IMG/VR virus record: IMGVR_UViG_3300005573_001331
Span: 7,945-71,944 of that record
Length of the DNA stretch: 64,000 bases
Source of the DNA: a virus
Taxonomy: Duplodnaviria > Caudoviricetes
Direction: 5' to 3' (one strand)
Part shown: in pieces, positions 54,683-63,502 of the stretch
Layout of the letters: each line of letters opens with the position of its first letter
Numbering within the stretch: position 1 is the stretch's first letter
Notes under the pieces: model-generated
Seen by the model: the letters and a program-made list of their open reading frames with translations, nothing else
Told to the model about the DNA's origin: nothing
The model's database searches: none
Position numbers and translations under genes: made by a program

Positions 54683-55567
54683 ATGCAAGAACTACCCGAT
54701 GTACAAAACCAAAATGATACAAGAGGAGTCGATATTCAAAGAGTCGGTATAGTCGGACTACACTATCCGCTTATGGTAGAGCGAAAAGGAACGGGAGCGA
54801 GAGAAAAGGTATCTGCTACCGTGAAGCTCTTTGTTGGGCTGCCGAAAGAATACAAAGGTATAAACATGTCAAGACTGACCCAAAGCGTTATCGAAGCTTC
54901 AGACTCTGTTCTCTCACCAGAAACACTTCCAACTCTGCTTAAATTATTGCAAACGAAATTAAATAGTACAGATGCTTATGCCAGATTTGATTTTGATTAC
55001 TTTATCCCCAAAGAAACTCCAGCTACAAAATTAATAGCGCCACAGCGTTACAGGTGCTCATTTACTGGTATTCTAAAAGGAGATGAATACACATTTGTTC
55101 TTGGAGTTGAAGTAATCGGGGCCAGTGTTTGTCCATGCAGTCGAGAGATGTCCCTTCTCGAAAATCAGCCCGACTTATTACCAGAAAAATATAAAGACAC
55201 GATTCTTGAGAGCGGTGTCGCTAATAAGGTAGGTATGGGCGCTCATAACCAGCGTAGTAAGGTCTGTTTACAGATCGTGTCCACTGAAAAAATATGGATA
55301 GAGGATTTAGTTGCTGCAGTTGAAGAACGATTCTCAGCTCCCGTCTATCCTTTATTGAAGCGCCCCGATGAGCGTGCTGTAACAGAGATGGGCTATAATA
55401 ATGCTAAATTTGTAGAAGACATCGCGCGGGATCTTACATTATATCTTAATGGAGAACCAAAAATAACTGCTTGGGCCGTATCTGTTGAAAACTATGAAAG
55501 TATACATCCCTTTAATGTAAAAGCCTATCAAAAGAGTGACAATTGGAAATACAGCTACTCCGTGTAA
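54683..55567 (+). CDS. folE2: GTP cyclohydrolase IB
   Basis: PDVQ, RVGI, KGINMSR, CPCS, AHNQRS, LKRPDE, FVED, ESIH. Confidence 0.95.
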   Translation: MQELPDVQNQNDTRGVDIQRVGIVGLHYPLMVERKGTGAREKVSATVKLFVGLPKEYKGINMSRLTQSVIEASDSVLSPETLPTLLKLLQTKLNSTDAYARFDFDYFIPKETPATKLIAPQRYRCSFTGILKGDEYTFVLGVEVIGASVCPCSREMSLLENQPDLLPEKYKDTILESGVANKVGMGAHNQRSKVCLQIVSTEKIWIEDLVAAVEERFSAPVYPLLKRPDERAVTEMGYNNAKFVEDIARDLTLYLNGEPKITAWAVSVENYESIHPFNVKAYQKSDNWKYSYSV

Positions 55568-55603
55568 GAGTAGCTGTTGGCTTAACTGAGAAGGTTGGTA
55601 GAA

Positions 55604-57841
55604 TTAATAGTATATCTCCGCCGTCATATTGGCGCCTGTCAGTGAACCTCCTGAAAGGGACATTATAACTACCTTAAAAGTGCTGTTCGGCGGAAGAATT
55701 TGTGAAAAATTAAAGTAGGTTACACCACCACCAGGGGGGGTAACCAAATCTTGCTCATCAAATATACTACTAAGACCGCCGTTATAAGTAATTGCAAGTT
55801 CCAATGTTCCTGCACTAACAACGGAAGAGACTCCTCTTATGTGCAAAAAGGCTGGGGTTGATCCGGTATAAATATAGGTATTGGTTGCATTCGAAGTTTG
55901 CCATGACATCGATGTTAACTGAACCCTTGAAAGTGGGGGGAACGCATGTGTGTGCAACGCATCCGCATTACTTGACGAACCTGCTGTAAGAGTACTTAAA
56001 TTACCAACGTTAATGCTACCCGTACCTTTTACATTTATCAGATCTTCCAAGTTGTGAGAATGCAAGTCTTTTGCATTACTTGTTGGTCCAGCTGTAAGGG
56101 TGTTTAAACTAGTTGCATTAACAGAACCGGCTACCCCCAGCAGCGCTTCCGGTTTGTGCGAGTGTAGACTGGTCGCATCGCTTAAAGAACCAGCTGTAAG
56201 AGTGTTTAAATTTGTGTAGGTTACATTAGTTGAGGCTGAAGCTAGAGCCCGATTAGTATTTGCTAACAGATTATCTGTTAGAGGAAGAATGTTTGTGCCT
56301 ACGTAAAGTGACTGCACCCACAACGGACTAAGGACTGGAGAAGCACCAACCGATGAAGGTGACACAGAATAAAGAGCGAAGCGTTGATTTGTTGGATCCC
56401 AATACAAACTTGCGTATTCTCCCAGATACGAGGACGTACCTCGTTGTATTCTAAACTCGCCTGCGAAGTCCGAAGAGCTGTTCTGTATGAGAGTGAAGGT
56501 ACTTCCAAAAGACTGGGTATGTGTATGATACTGATCAGCATTTGAGCTTGAGCCTGCTGTTAACGGGGGAGTTGAAGAACTCCAGCTCGTGGGAATTCCA
56601 TTTATAGCCTTACCAAGCTGATTACGAATATGCTTCAGGTTGTCAAGTAAGCTACCTGTTACAGAAACGGAAGTCGCAGTATCTTCCGCTAGATCGGCTC
56701 GTATTATCTCTGGAGATATTGTGAAGAATCTTCGATAATCAGCAAGCGATCCTGAAACTATATCTGCACCACTAAACGATGCAGAAGCTAAAAGATACAA
56801 ATTCGGATACAGAAACGGGGCGGTTTGAATGTTTGGATAATTGGATGCGAGATCCAGTATAGTAGTAATATTCGGGCCTGAGGCACACGCTAGCGCATAC
56901 ACAGTGCCAGAATAGGATCCAGAAATTGGAGGGTTTAATGAAACCGGCGGTAATGAGGATGTGTAAACATTCCCGCCAACAACTAATACAGCCCCTGTTG
57001 GAGGAGCAAATGATATAGAAGCACTTGTAGTTCCTGATCGGGGAGTAACAGATGCGGAATAACTATTAAATGTTGCGGAGGAGAGAGTGAGCGGGACTAT
57101 ACCAGGAACATGTGACTCCTCTATGTGCTTTACTACATCGCCAGGAGTATAGCCGAGATCCGCAAGAGTTAATCCGTGCGGATTGTTAGAAGCAGGGGTC
57201 CCTGAGCCTGTTGCGTTTACATGCGCTTGTACAGTCTTTTCAAATCCAGTAAGAGAAGTTGGAGTAAGAGAAGGATCGAGCACAACAGCATCGGCTGTTG
57301 TACGTACTTTCGCATACACTCTCGCATCCCATACATTCGTAATCTCCGTACCATTGAAAGAGCCTGAAGCCAACAGTATTTGAGAGGAGGAGGTTGCTGA
57401 ATTGGTATCAACAGAAATAAAGTAACTTTCATAATAACGCGTCGGGTGAAAAGATCCGGTTATATCTGTTTTTATAGCGCCGGAGGTTTCTTGGTAAGAT
57501 AATTTTACGTAGAAAGTTCCTGGTTGTGGATTAAGCCACGACCACGTCGAGTCGGAACCAGAACCTCCCACTGTCATCGTAACCATACTCGGTACGGTTA
57601 TGAAATTACCGCTCGCGTCTTGTGCTATTCCTGGAGCGACGGTTATCTGTGTGAGCGATAATAGGGAAACATAGCAGTTTTTTGTTGGATCGTTAGCTCG
57701 GCTCGGATCTCCGAATATTCCGCCGTTATTAGCAAGAATTGCAACCGATCTCTGTTGAAATTCTTGATTGGATGCGGAGGCGAGATTATTTAGATCGTCG
57801 CTTACAACATCTTGAGTATCAAAAAACGCACTTCTGTTCAT
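55604..57841 (-). CDS. Tail fibre or baseplate-attached fibre protein with HxH repeats
   Basis: S/T/G-rich; NPHGLT motif; four LTAG...A..HxH repeats. Confidence 0.7.
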   Translation of the reverse strand: MNRSAFFDTQDVVSDDLNNLASASNQEFQQRSVAILANNGGIFGDPSRANDPTKNCYVSLLSLTQITVAPGIAQDASGNFITVPSMVTMTVGGSGSDSTWSWLNPQPGTFYVKLSYQETSGAIKTDITGSFHPTRYYESYFISVDTNSATSSSQILLASGSFNGTEITNVWDARVYAKVRTTADAVVLDPSLTPTSLTGFEKTVQAHVNATGSGTPASNNPHGLTLADLGYTPGDVVKHIEESHVPGIVPLTLSSATFNSYSASVTPRSGTTSASISFAPPTGAVLVVGGNVYTSSLPPVSLNPPISGSYSGTVYALACASGPNITTILDLASNYPNIQTAPFLYPNLYLLASASFSGADIVSGSLADYRRFFTISPEIIRADLAEDTATSVSVTGSLLDNLKHIRNQLGKAINGIPTSWSSSTPPLTAGSSSNADQYHTHTQSFGSTFTLIQNSSSDFAGEFRIQRGTSSYLGEYASLYWDPTNQRFALYSVSPSSVGASPVLSPLWVQSLYVGTNILPLTDNLLANTNRALASASTNVTYTNLNTLTAGSLSDATSLHSHKPEALLGVAGSVNATSLNTLTAGPTSNAKDLHSHNLEDLINVKGTGSINVGNLSTLTAGSSSNADALHTHAFPPLSRVQLTSMSWQTSNATNTYIYTGSTPAFLHIRGVSSVVSAGTLELAITYNGGLSSIFDEQDLVTPPGGGVTYFNFSQILPPNSTFKVVIMSLSGGSLTGANMTAEIYY

Positions 57842-57844
57842 TCT

Positions 57845-58288
57845 TTACACCTCTAATAGATTAAAATATATTTTAGAGTCGTTTACATAGACTACTTTTA
57901 CTGGAATTCCATAAAGTTCTTTACGCTTCTCGACAGTAGAATCAAACAATGTATTTGTATCAGGACTGTATACATCGTATGTATCTCCTGGTTTTCCAAA
58001 GATTTCAAAGAAGAGAGCGAGTTTGTCCTCTTTTGGTACTGTATCAGTATCATCGTTCTCAAACGCTAAGGATGGGACGCCTTCATTATCGTCGTTAAGT
58101 CTACCTTTTGCAGCATCACTTGATAAAAACGTATTAAACTCCGAATCATCGTCAGCAAACTCAGACTTCAAGGCTGATGCAAGTGCCTGCATAATCTTCT
58201 TATCAAACGACATAAACAATGAACGGTCAAATTTGACTGTGTAAGCTGGTCTTAATAATTCTTCAACTGTTAATTTTTCATTAGTCAT
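57845..58288 (-). CDS. Acidic hypothetical protein in the tail module
   Basis: 147 aa in-operon ORF. Confidence 0.55.
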   Translation of the reverse strand: MTNEKLTVEELLRPAYTVKFDRSLFMSFDKKIMQALASALKSEFADDDSEFNTFLSSDAAKGRLNDDNEGVPSLAFENDDTDTVPKEDKLALFFEIFGKPGDTYDVYSPDTNTLFDSTVEKRKELYGIPVKVVYVNDSKIYFNLLEV

Positions 58289-58291
58289 CTA

Positions 58292-60247
58292 TTATCTCGG
58301 AAATACTGGTAGTCTTTGTGTATTATACACACCATTTACGCCGAACTGATACAGCATCTGGTCTGATAATCCTATCATTGAAAACTGATGAAACTCCAGT
58401 TCCGCACTAGCTGATATATTTCCTAATAAGCGATACTGCCAATACTGCTCAACACTAGAAGATGGAATGCAAAGACTCGTAAGCCTTGGTTTGTATTGTT
58501 GGAAATCCTGTTGCGCCTGTAAAGGAGTTAAGAAGTAGTTGGCAACAAGTGCCTCGTCCATTGTAATCGCGCTACCTGTTATCGCCATAATCGCTGTAGT
58601 TGAAGTTAAACTCGGTAACGTAACCCCGCTTCCTGAAGCAACAATTGCCCCATCGATATATAAATAACTTTCATTTGCGGTTACAGTAAATGCGATTTGA
58701 TGATATCGGCTTGGGAGTTCGTCGAATATTGAAGGAGGACCTCCAGCAGGCGTACTGAGATAAAGTAACTGAGTCGTACCCGAGTTTACTGTTAAACTAA
58801 ACTGCTTCTGCGAGGCATCAATAAGAAGCATCAATCCTGACGACGACAGAGAAAAGGTATTATCTGCCACAGCGCACATCTTATACATCCATTTCGTAGT
58901 GGTTGGCAAACCTGAATCAACTCCGTATAACCAGAATTGGCCTCCTATATAAGGCATAAGACCAAAATTAACTGAAGCGGAATATACGGAAGAGCTATTA
59001 AATGTCGCTGCAAAGTCTCTAGCCCTTCGCGCGTGACCGTAAGCAGCTTTTCCACCGCTTATATAACTCAAAGTATTTTTGTTTGGAGTGACATCAAAAA
59101 TACTTCCCGAATTAGTAAATAACCAGTGCGCGCCTGATGTAGTAGAGGCCGGCATTGTTATATAAGGGATCTCCTGTGGATTGTAATCCATATAATATAC
59201 AGTTGATGGTATCGAAGCGTTAGCATAGCTTCTGAGCTGCATCGTATACGAACTGCTATTTCGAGTGAGAACAAGCCAATCCAAGTACCAGTCTAGCGAT
59301 TTGTAATTACTTGGTAATTGTAATGTTTGTGCAGGATCATAAAGATATTGGCCTGGACCATAATTTGTAGTATCCGTTGTTATGTAGCCGCCACTTGCAA
59401 ATACGTAGACAGAAGATGAACTACTTGGTCTTGAAAAGACATAATCTTGTATAAAAAAGATATTTGTGTAAATATCTCCTCGCAACACTTTGTTAATCGA
59501 GCTAGCATAAAGCGGTTGCAATGAGCCGGTGATGGTACTTATGGCTGGTTGGAAAATAGTAATTGCACTATACTTGTGTTTGTTGCTTATAACCTCAGTA
59601 TCAACGCTGAGTCTCGAATAAGAAATAACAAATCGAGTCGCGGTTGTAAAATTAGTTACATCACAAGGAATCTTATAACCAAAATTCGGGATATATGTAT
59701 CGGAGACAAGATAGTCAGGGCCGAGCGCAACAATATTACCACTCAATACTGTTAAGTTCCAGTAATTTCGGTCTAATTCAGGTTGTATTATTATGGGACT
59801 CATACCAGTATAGGCTTGGCCTACTCTCTGGATTGCTTGCTTTACAGTTCCTGCAAAATCAGCTTCATAGAGCAACCTCAACTGCTGCCTGTAGCTATTT
59901 AAAGTAGCCCCACTATTGTATTGATCATAATACTGCACCGGAATCTTTTGCAGTTGAAAATACCAAGCGAAATTGTCATACAGCTTTGAGGTTGAACGAT
60001 TGGCAACAGGAGTTGTTTCGACGCTTTGTAAAGCTATATCGAGCCAAGCCTGCCGAGTAAGCGTCGAAGCAGTGGCGAGCTGTTGCGCATACATCTCAAA
60101 GATATCAAAAACAGTGGAGCTAACAATCTGTGTAGGATAATAACTCGCATCCAATGCGTCGAGCATCTGTGCGACAATCAGGTCATCTGGAGGTAAAGAA
60201 TAAATCTGTCCGCCAGTAGGAAGAAACGCACTTGAAGACGTCAGCAT
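58292..60247 (-). CDS. Baseplate wedge-type protein with C-terminal LamG/ConA-like domain
   Basis: N-terminal LYDNF...YRQQLRLL; C-terminal YHQIAFT...LYIDG...MDE. Confidence 0.65.
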   Translation of the reverse strand: MLTSSSAFLPTGGQIYSLPPDDLIVAQMLDALDASYYPTQIVSSTVFDIFEMYAQQLATASTLTRQAWLDIALQSVETTPVANRSTSKLYDNFAWYFQLQKIPVQYYDQYNSGATLNSYRQQLRLLYEADFAGTVKQAIQRVGQAYTGMSPIIIQPELDRNYWNLTVLSGNIVALGPDYLVSDTYIPNFGYKIPCDVTNFTTATRFVISYSRLSVDTEVISNKHKYSAITIFQPAISTITGSLQPLYASSINKVLRGDIYTNIFFIQDYVFSRPSSSSSVYVFASGGYITTDTTNYGPGQYLYDPAQTLQLPSNYKSLDWYLDWLVLTRNSSSYTMQLRSYANASIPSTVYYMDYNPQEIPYITMPASTTSGAHWLFTNSGSIFDVTPNKNTLSYISGGKAAYGHARRARDFAATFNSSSVYSASVNFGLMPYIGGQFWLYGVDSGLPTTTKWMYKMCAVADNTFSLSSSGLMLLIDASQKQFSLTVNSGTTQLLYLSTPAGGPPSIFDELPSRYHQIAFTVTANESYLYIDGAIVASGSGVTLPSLTSTTAIMAITGSAITMDEALVANYFLTPLQAQQDFQQYKPRLTSLCIPSSSVEQYWQYRLLGNISASAELEFHQFSMIGLSDQMLYQFGVNGVYNTQRLPVFPR

Positions 60248-60252
60248 TATAC

Positions 60253-61548
60253 TTACACCACTACATTAACAGTTATTGTATTTGCAACAGGATAAGCCAT
60301 CGGCGGGAGGTTCAGATTATTGAAACTATCAGGTGGAATTGTACCGTCATCACTCACGAGCGTAAGCGGTGTTTTGCAGTCTGTAACTCCCGCCGTATTG
60401 AGGATGATTTCCTCAAGAGCCGATTGCTTAACAACAGTTCCGATTGTTAATGAAGATATATAGTTGCTAAGAGCCGTTCGCACATTCGAAGCTACTGTGT
60501 CTTGAGTAAAGCCAGAGGCAATTCTTATGCTCACAGTAATATCTATTAATACCTCTACCGCAGCATGCACTAAAACTGAGCAGTTTTGCAACTGTAACTG
60601 GTTTAAATTGTTTTGAAGATCTGATATTAAGCTGTTGTATTGGTAGGTAATGAAAAGGGATCCGAGGTTGCCTGTCGAAAACGTAATTGAATCCAGCCCC
60701 ATAACCGAGCCTGCATAAGCTGCTTGATCGCGATTGAGCTGGTATGAACTGTTTGGTAACGTACCACTTACACTTGAAATAACAGAAACAATATCTACAA
60801 CGGGCTGAGATTTAAAATAATAAGGATTTGTAAAGACGGGTACAACATCGGTAACTGTTGTTAACGTACTGCCTTGTACATAAATATCGATCGCGCCATA
60901 GTAGTCTCTTGGTGACTGCCCATTGCCAACAATGTATGTACTTATCACACGATCATCAGTTGAAACAAATGTTGTTAAGCCATCAAGAGTATCTAACGCA
61001 GTCCCTAACCTCTTCGCTGCTATTCTTGCCTGTAACTGTTGTGTACTCTCCGCTTCCGCACCTCCCACTGTAGGGGCACTATTATAGACTCGCTTTAGCG
61101 CTGATTGTGTCATAACACCAACAGATATATTTACTCTACGCGGATCGGTGCTATCTGCTCCAACTTGTAAGTAATAAATCCCTGCTATTCGCGCATCAGT
61201 GGGTGTATAATAACCACGCCGCGCACTATCTTGCTGCAACTGCTGAAGATAAGAAATACACCTTTGCACCTCCGCCTTTATAGCGGCGAGAGCTGCCGGC
61301 GATACTTTTGTTAACAAACTGTAGTCAAATCCGTAGCCACTAGGCCTCCGCCTTGTAAGAAATATCTTTTGTAGCTGTTGCATCAACTCATTAACTCCTG
61401 TGACAGTCTCTACATCTCCGCTGCTGCCGTCAACCGCAACACCGTAATAAATCCCTGTTCCCTTACATCGAGGGCACTTGTCTTGCGTATATGCAGTAGG
61501 AGGTACTCCTAATATGTGCGTGCATACAACGGTCGAAGCTATATCCAA
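60253..61548 (-). CDS. gp25-like wedge domain fused to the C-terminal part of a baseplate J-like protein
   Basis: CPRC.G and gp25-like region, then GGAEAES..L.ARI, GAIDIYV and J-like C-terminus. Confidence 0.65.
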   Translation of the reverse strand: MDIASTVVCTHILGVPPTAYTQDKCPRCKGTGIYYGVAVDGSSGDVETVTGVNELMQQLQKIFLTRRRPSGYGFDYSLLTKVSPAALAAIKAEVQRCISYLQQLQQDSARRGYYTPTDARIAGIYYLQVGADSTDPRRVNISVGVMTQSALKRVYNSAPTVGGAEAESTQQLQARIAAKRLGTALDTLDGLTTFVSTDDRVISTYIVGNGQSPRDYYGAIDIYVQGSTLTTVTDVVPVFTNPYYFKSQPVVDIVSVISSVSGTLPNSSYQLNRDQAAYAGSVMGLDSITFSTGNLGSLFITYQYNSLISDLQNNLNQLQLQNCSVLVHAAVEVLIDITVSIRIASGFTQDTVASNVRTALSNYISSLTIGTVVKQSALEEIILNTAGVTDCKTPLTLVSDDGTIPPDSFNNLNLPPMAYPVANTITVNVVV

Positions 61549-61564
61549 ATGATCAACTCCTCTG

Positions 61565-62206
61565 TTATGAAGGTAGCTCTAATGTTTTAATCGCTTCTAT
61601 ATAAGCAGAAATTGTAGCAATCTTATCGTCAACCCAACTATTCTGGTTTTTTATTAGATTGTTTACTGAAGTTAACTTTTGTACCTTGAAAACAATATCT
61701 TCCAATTGCGTCTTAAACTCACGATAGCTTGTAACGCCAGAAAAATCGAATTCCTGTTCAAGCCCAAGCTTCTGTAGCGTCTCTGCAACCCAGGGTGGCA
61801 TTTGTATTGAGATCGAATCGAATAAACTGTTTAAGAAGAAGCTTTTGCATTCCATCGACCTGAGATCACCAGCAATTCCATCGATTGGCACAATCTGCAT
61901 TAATTGTTCAATGGGAGCAAGAATTTCGTTAATTGCTCCTATTACTGTGTTATACTTAAGAATTTTTGACTCTTGCAACTGCGCTTGTGCTAAGATGGCC
62001 TGTTTAATAATCTGGAGTTGTACTAAGTACGCATGTAATACATTTGACAACGCATTTCGCGTACTCTGTGTTAACGTCATTAACACACTGACAACGCAGG
62101 GCAATTGTGCCGCAAAAGAATCTGATACTTTTATCCCCTGCGATTTGAGTGTGGATACAACACCATTTGCTATGGCATCTGCTGCCGGTTTACTTGTAAT
62201 ACTCAT
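61565..62206 (-). CDS. Helical hypothetical protein in the baseplate module
   Basis: 213 aa in-operon ORF. Confidence 0.55.
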   Translation of the reverse strand: MSITSKPAADAIANGVVSTLKSQGIKVSDSFAAQLPCVVSVLMTLTQSTRNALSNVLHAYLVQLQIIKQAILAQAQLQESKILKYNTVIGAINEILAPIEQLMQIVPIDGIAGDLRSMECKSFFLNSLFDSISIQMPPWVAETLQKLGLEQEFDFSGVTSYREFKTQLEDIVFKVQKLTSVNNLIKNQNSWVDDKIATISAYIEAIKTLELPS

Positions 62207-62293
62207 ACGTGTATATTAATAGATTGCACGTTGTGAAGATCTCTTCAAACTATTCTATGTAATTTAAGAGTGTTTAACAAAAGGAGAGGTGTT

Positions 62294-62635
62294 ATGGTTT
62301 CAAAGCCGATATTTAAGAAAACGCGCAAATTTATCATTGAATTTCTACGCAAAGCCGAAGGTAAGCCTACTATGCTGGCCAATAATTGCCTATACTATTT
62401 AAGAGCCGAAAAGGGTAATAGGGATGTCGCTGACGAGGACTTTGCAAATACTGTACAATATCTGGAAAAACAAGGTGAAATTGTAAAGCATCCCCAATTC
62501 GGCTACGTACTCAAAGGTATCGAACCTGTTATAATCGATGAGCCGAATAAAACAGCTGATGACAAGCAGAGCGAGTCAAGAGATGTCAAAGAGACCCTAA
62601 AAGAAATAAAAATGATGCACAGACGTCGCCGTTAA
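62294..62635 (+). CDS. Lone plus-strand gene, winged-helix-like
   Basis: AGGAGAGG RBS; IIEFLRK...VQYLEKQGEIVKHPQFGY. Confidence 0.55.
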   Translation: MVSKPIFKKTRKFIIEFLRKAEGKPTMLANNCLYYLRAEKGNRDVADEDFANTVQYLEKQGEIVKHPQFGYVLKGIEPVIIDEPNKTADDKQSESRDVKETLKEIKMMHRRRR

Positions 62636-62640
62636 ATAGA

Positions 62641-62675
62641 ATACCACTGTAGCTATTTTGTAACTACAGTGGTAT
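62641..62675. terminator. Hairpin between convergent genes
   Basis: ataccactgtag / ctacagtggtat 12-bp stem. Confidence 0.7.
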
Positions 62676-62690
62676 GAAGAGGGTGTTGAC

Positions 62691-63131
62691 TCACTGCTTC
62701 GAAGGTTCGGGGGCAATGACGCCCTGAGAATTCGTGAAGAAGTTCTTAAGAAGGTATGCGGCGCCGTTGAGTACCGCAGCAACTGATATCGTTTTCAGTT
62801 CTGCCGATGTAGGAAATCTTCCACTCTTAAGAATAGGCACAAGTGACATTAGCACACCGCTTACTATCGTCTGGAATAGCATAAATAAAAGATCTGATAA
62901 TCCAAGACTAAACAATGGCGTACCATTTGGAGCACCCTGTGTTGCCAAGACTTTTAAGAAATACGTTGCTGCCGCTGCTAATCCCACAGCGAGCATCATT
63001 TGTAACTGAGAAAATCCAGGAAATGTACCCGCTTGCAGTATAGGCAATAGAAGTGATGCCATTGCTCCAAGTACTGCAAGTAACAGGCCGTGACCCCAGA
63101 CTTTCCAACTGGCGAATAGCTGCTTAAACAC
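62691..63131 (-). CDS. Internally duplicated multi-TM membrane protein, holin candidate
   Basis: Two repeats: LPILQAGTFP...ATYFLK and VPILKSGRFP...AAYLLK. Confidence 0.55.
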   Translation of the reverse strand: MFKQLFASWKVWGHGLLLAVLGAMASLLLPILQAGTFPGFSQLQMMLAVGLAAAATYFLKVLATQGAPNGTPLFSLGLSDLLFMLFQTIVSGVLMSLVPILKSGRFPTSAELKTISVAAVLNGAAYLLKNFFTNSQGVIAPEPSKQ

Positions 63132-63156
63132 TACCGTTTACTCCTCTCTTTTGTTG

Positions 63157-63444
63157 TTATTTCTTTTCTTTTGTTGAATCGACCGCACTGGGCACTGCAC
63201 TCAGTGTCTGTATATCCTGAATTGCTTGGAAATAGCCCGCTATTTGCTGGTTCTGGTTCTCAAGCTTTGTAATCTCTGCCTTATAAGCGGTTATCAGCGA
63301 ATCATTCTTTTGGTACTGCATTCGTAAAGCCTGTATCTTCTCCTGAATTGGGGATACGTTACGCTCTGGCTTCGTCTGTGCGAATGCACTTGTGCTGAGG
63401 CTCATCAAAAGTACTGATGCAGCTATGAATATTGCACGTTTCAT
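63157..63444 (-). CDS. Secreted coiled-coil protein
   Basis: Signal peptide MKRAIFIAASVLLMSLSTSAFA. Confidence 0.55.
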   Translation of the reverse strand: MKRAIFIAASVLLMSLSTSAFAQTKPERNVSPIQEKIQALRMQYQKNDSLITAYKAEITKLENQNQQIAGYFQAIQDIQTLSAVPSAVDSTKEKK

Positions 63445-63502
63445 TTAATTTACTCCTATTTTTTTGTTTAACATTATATCTCTATATAAATTACACATAC
63501 TT

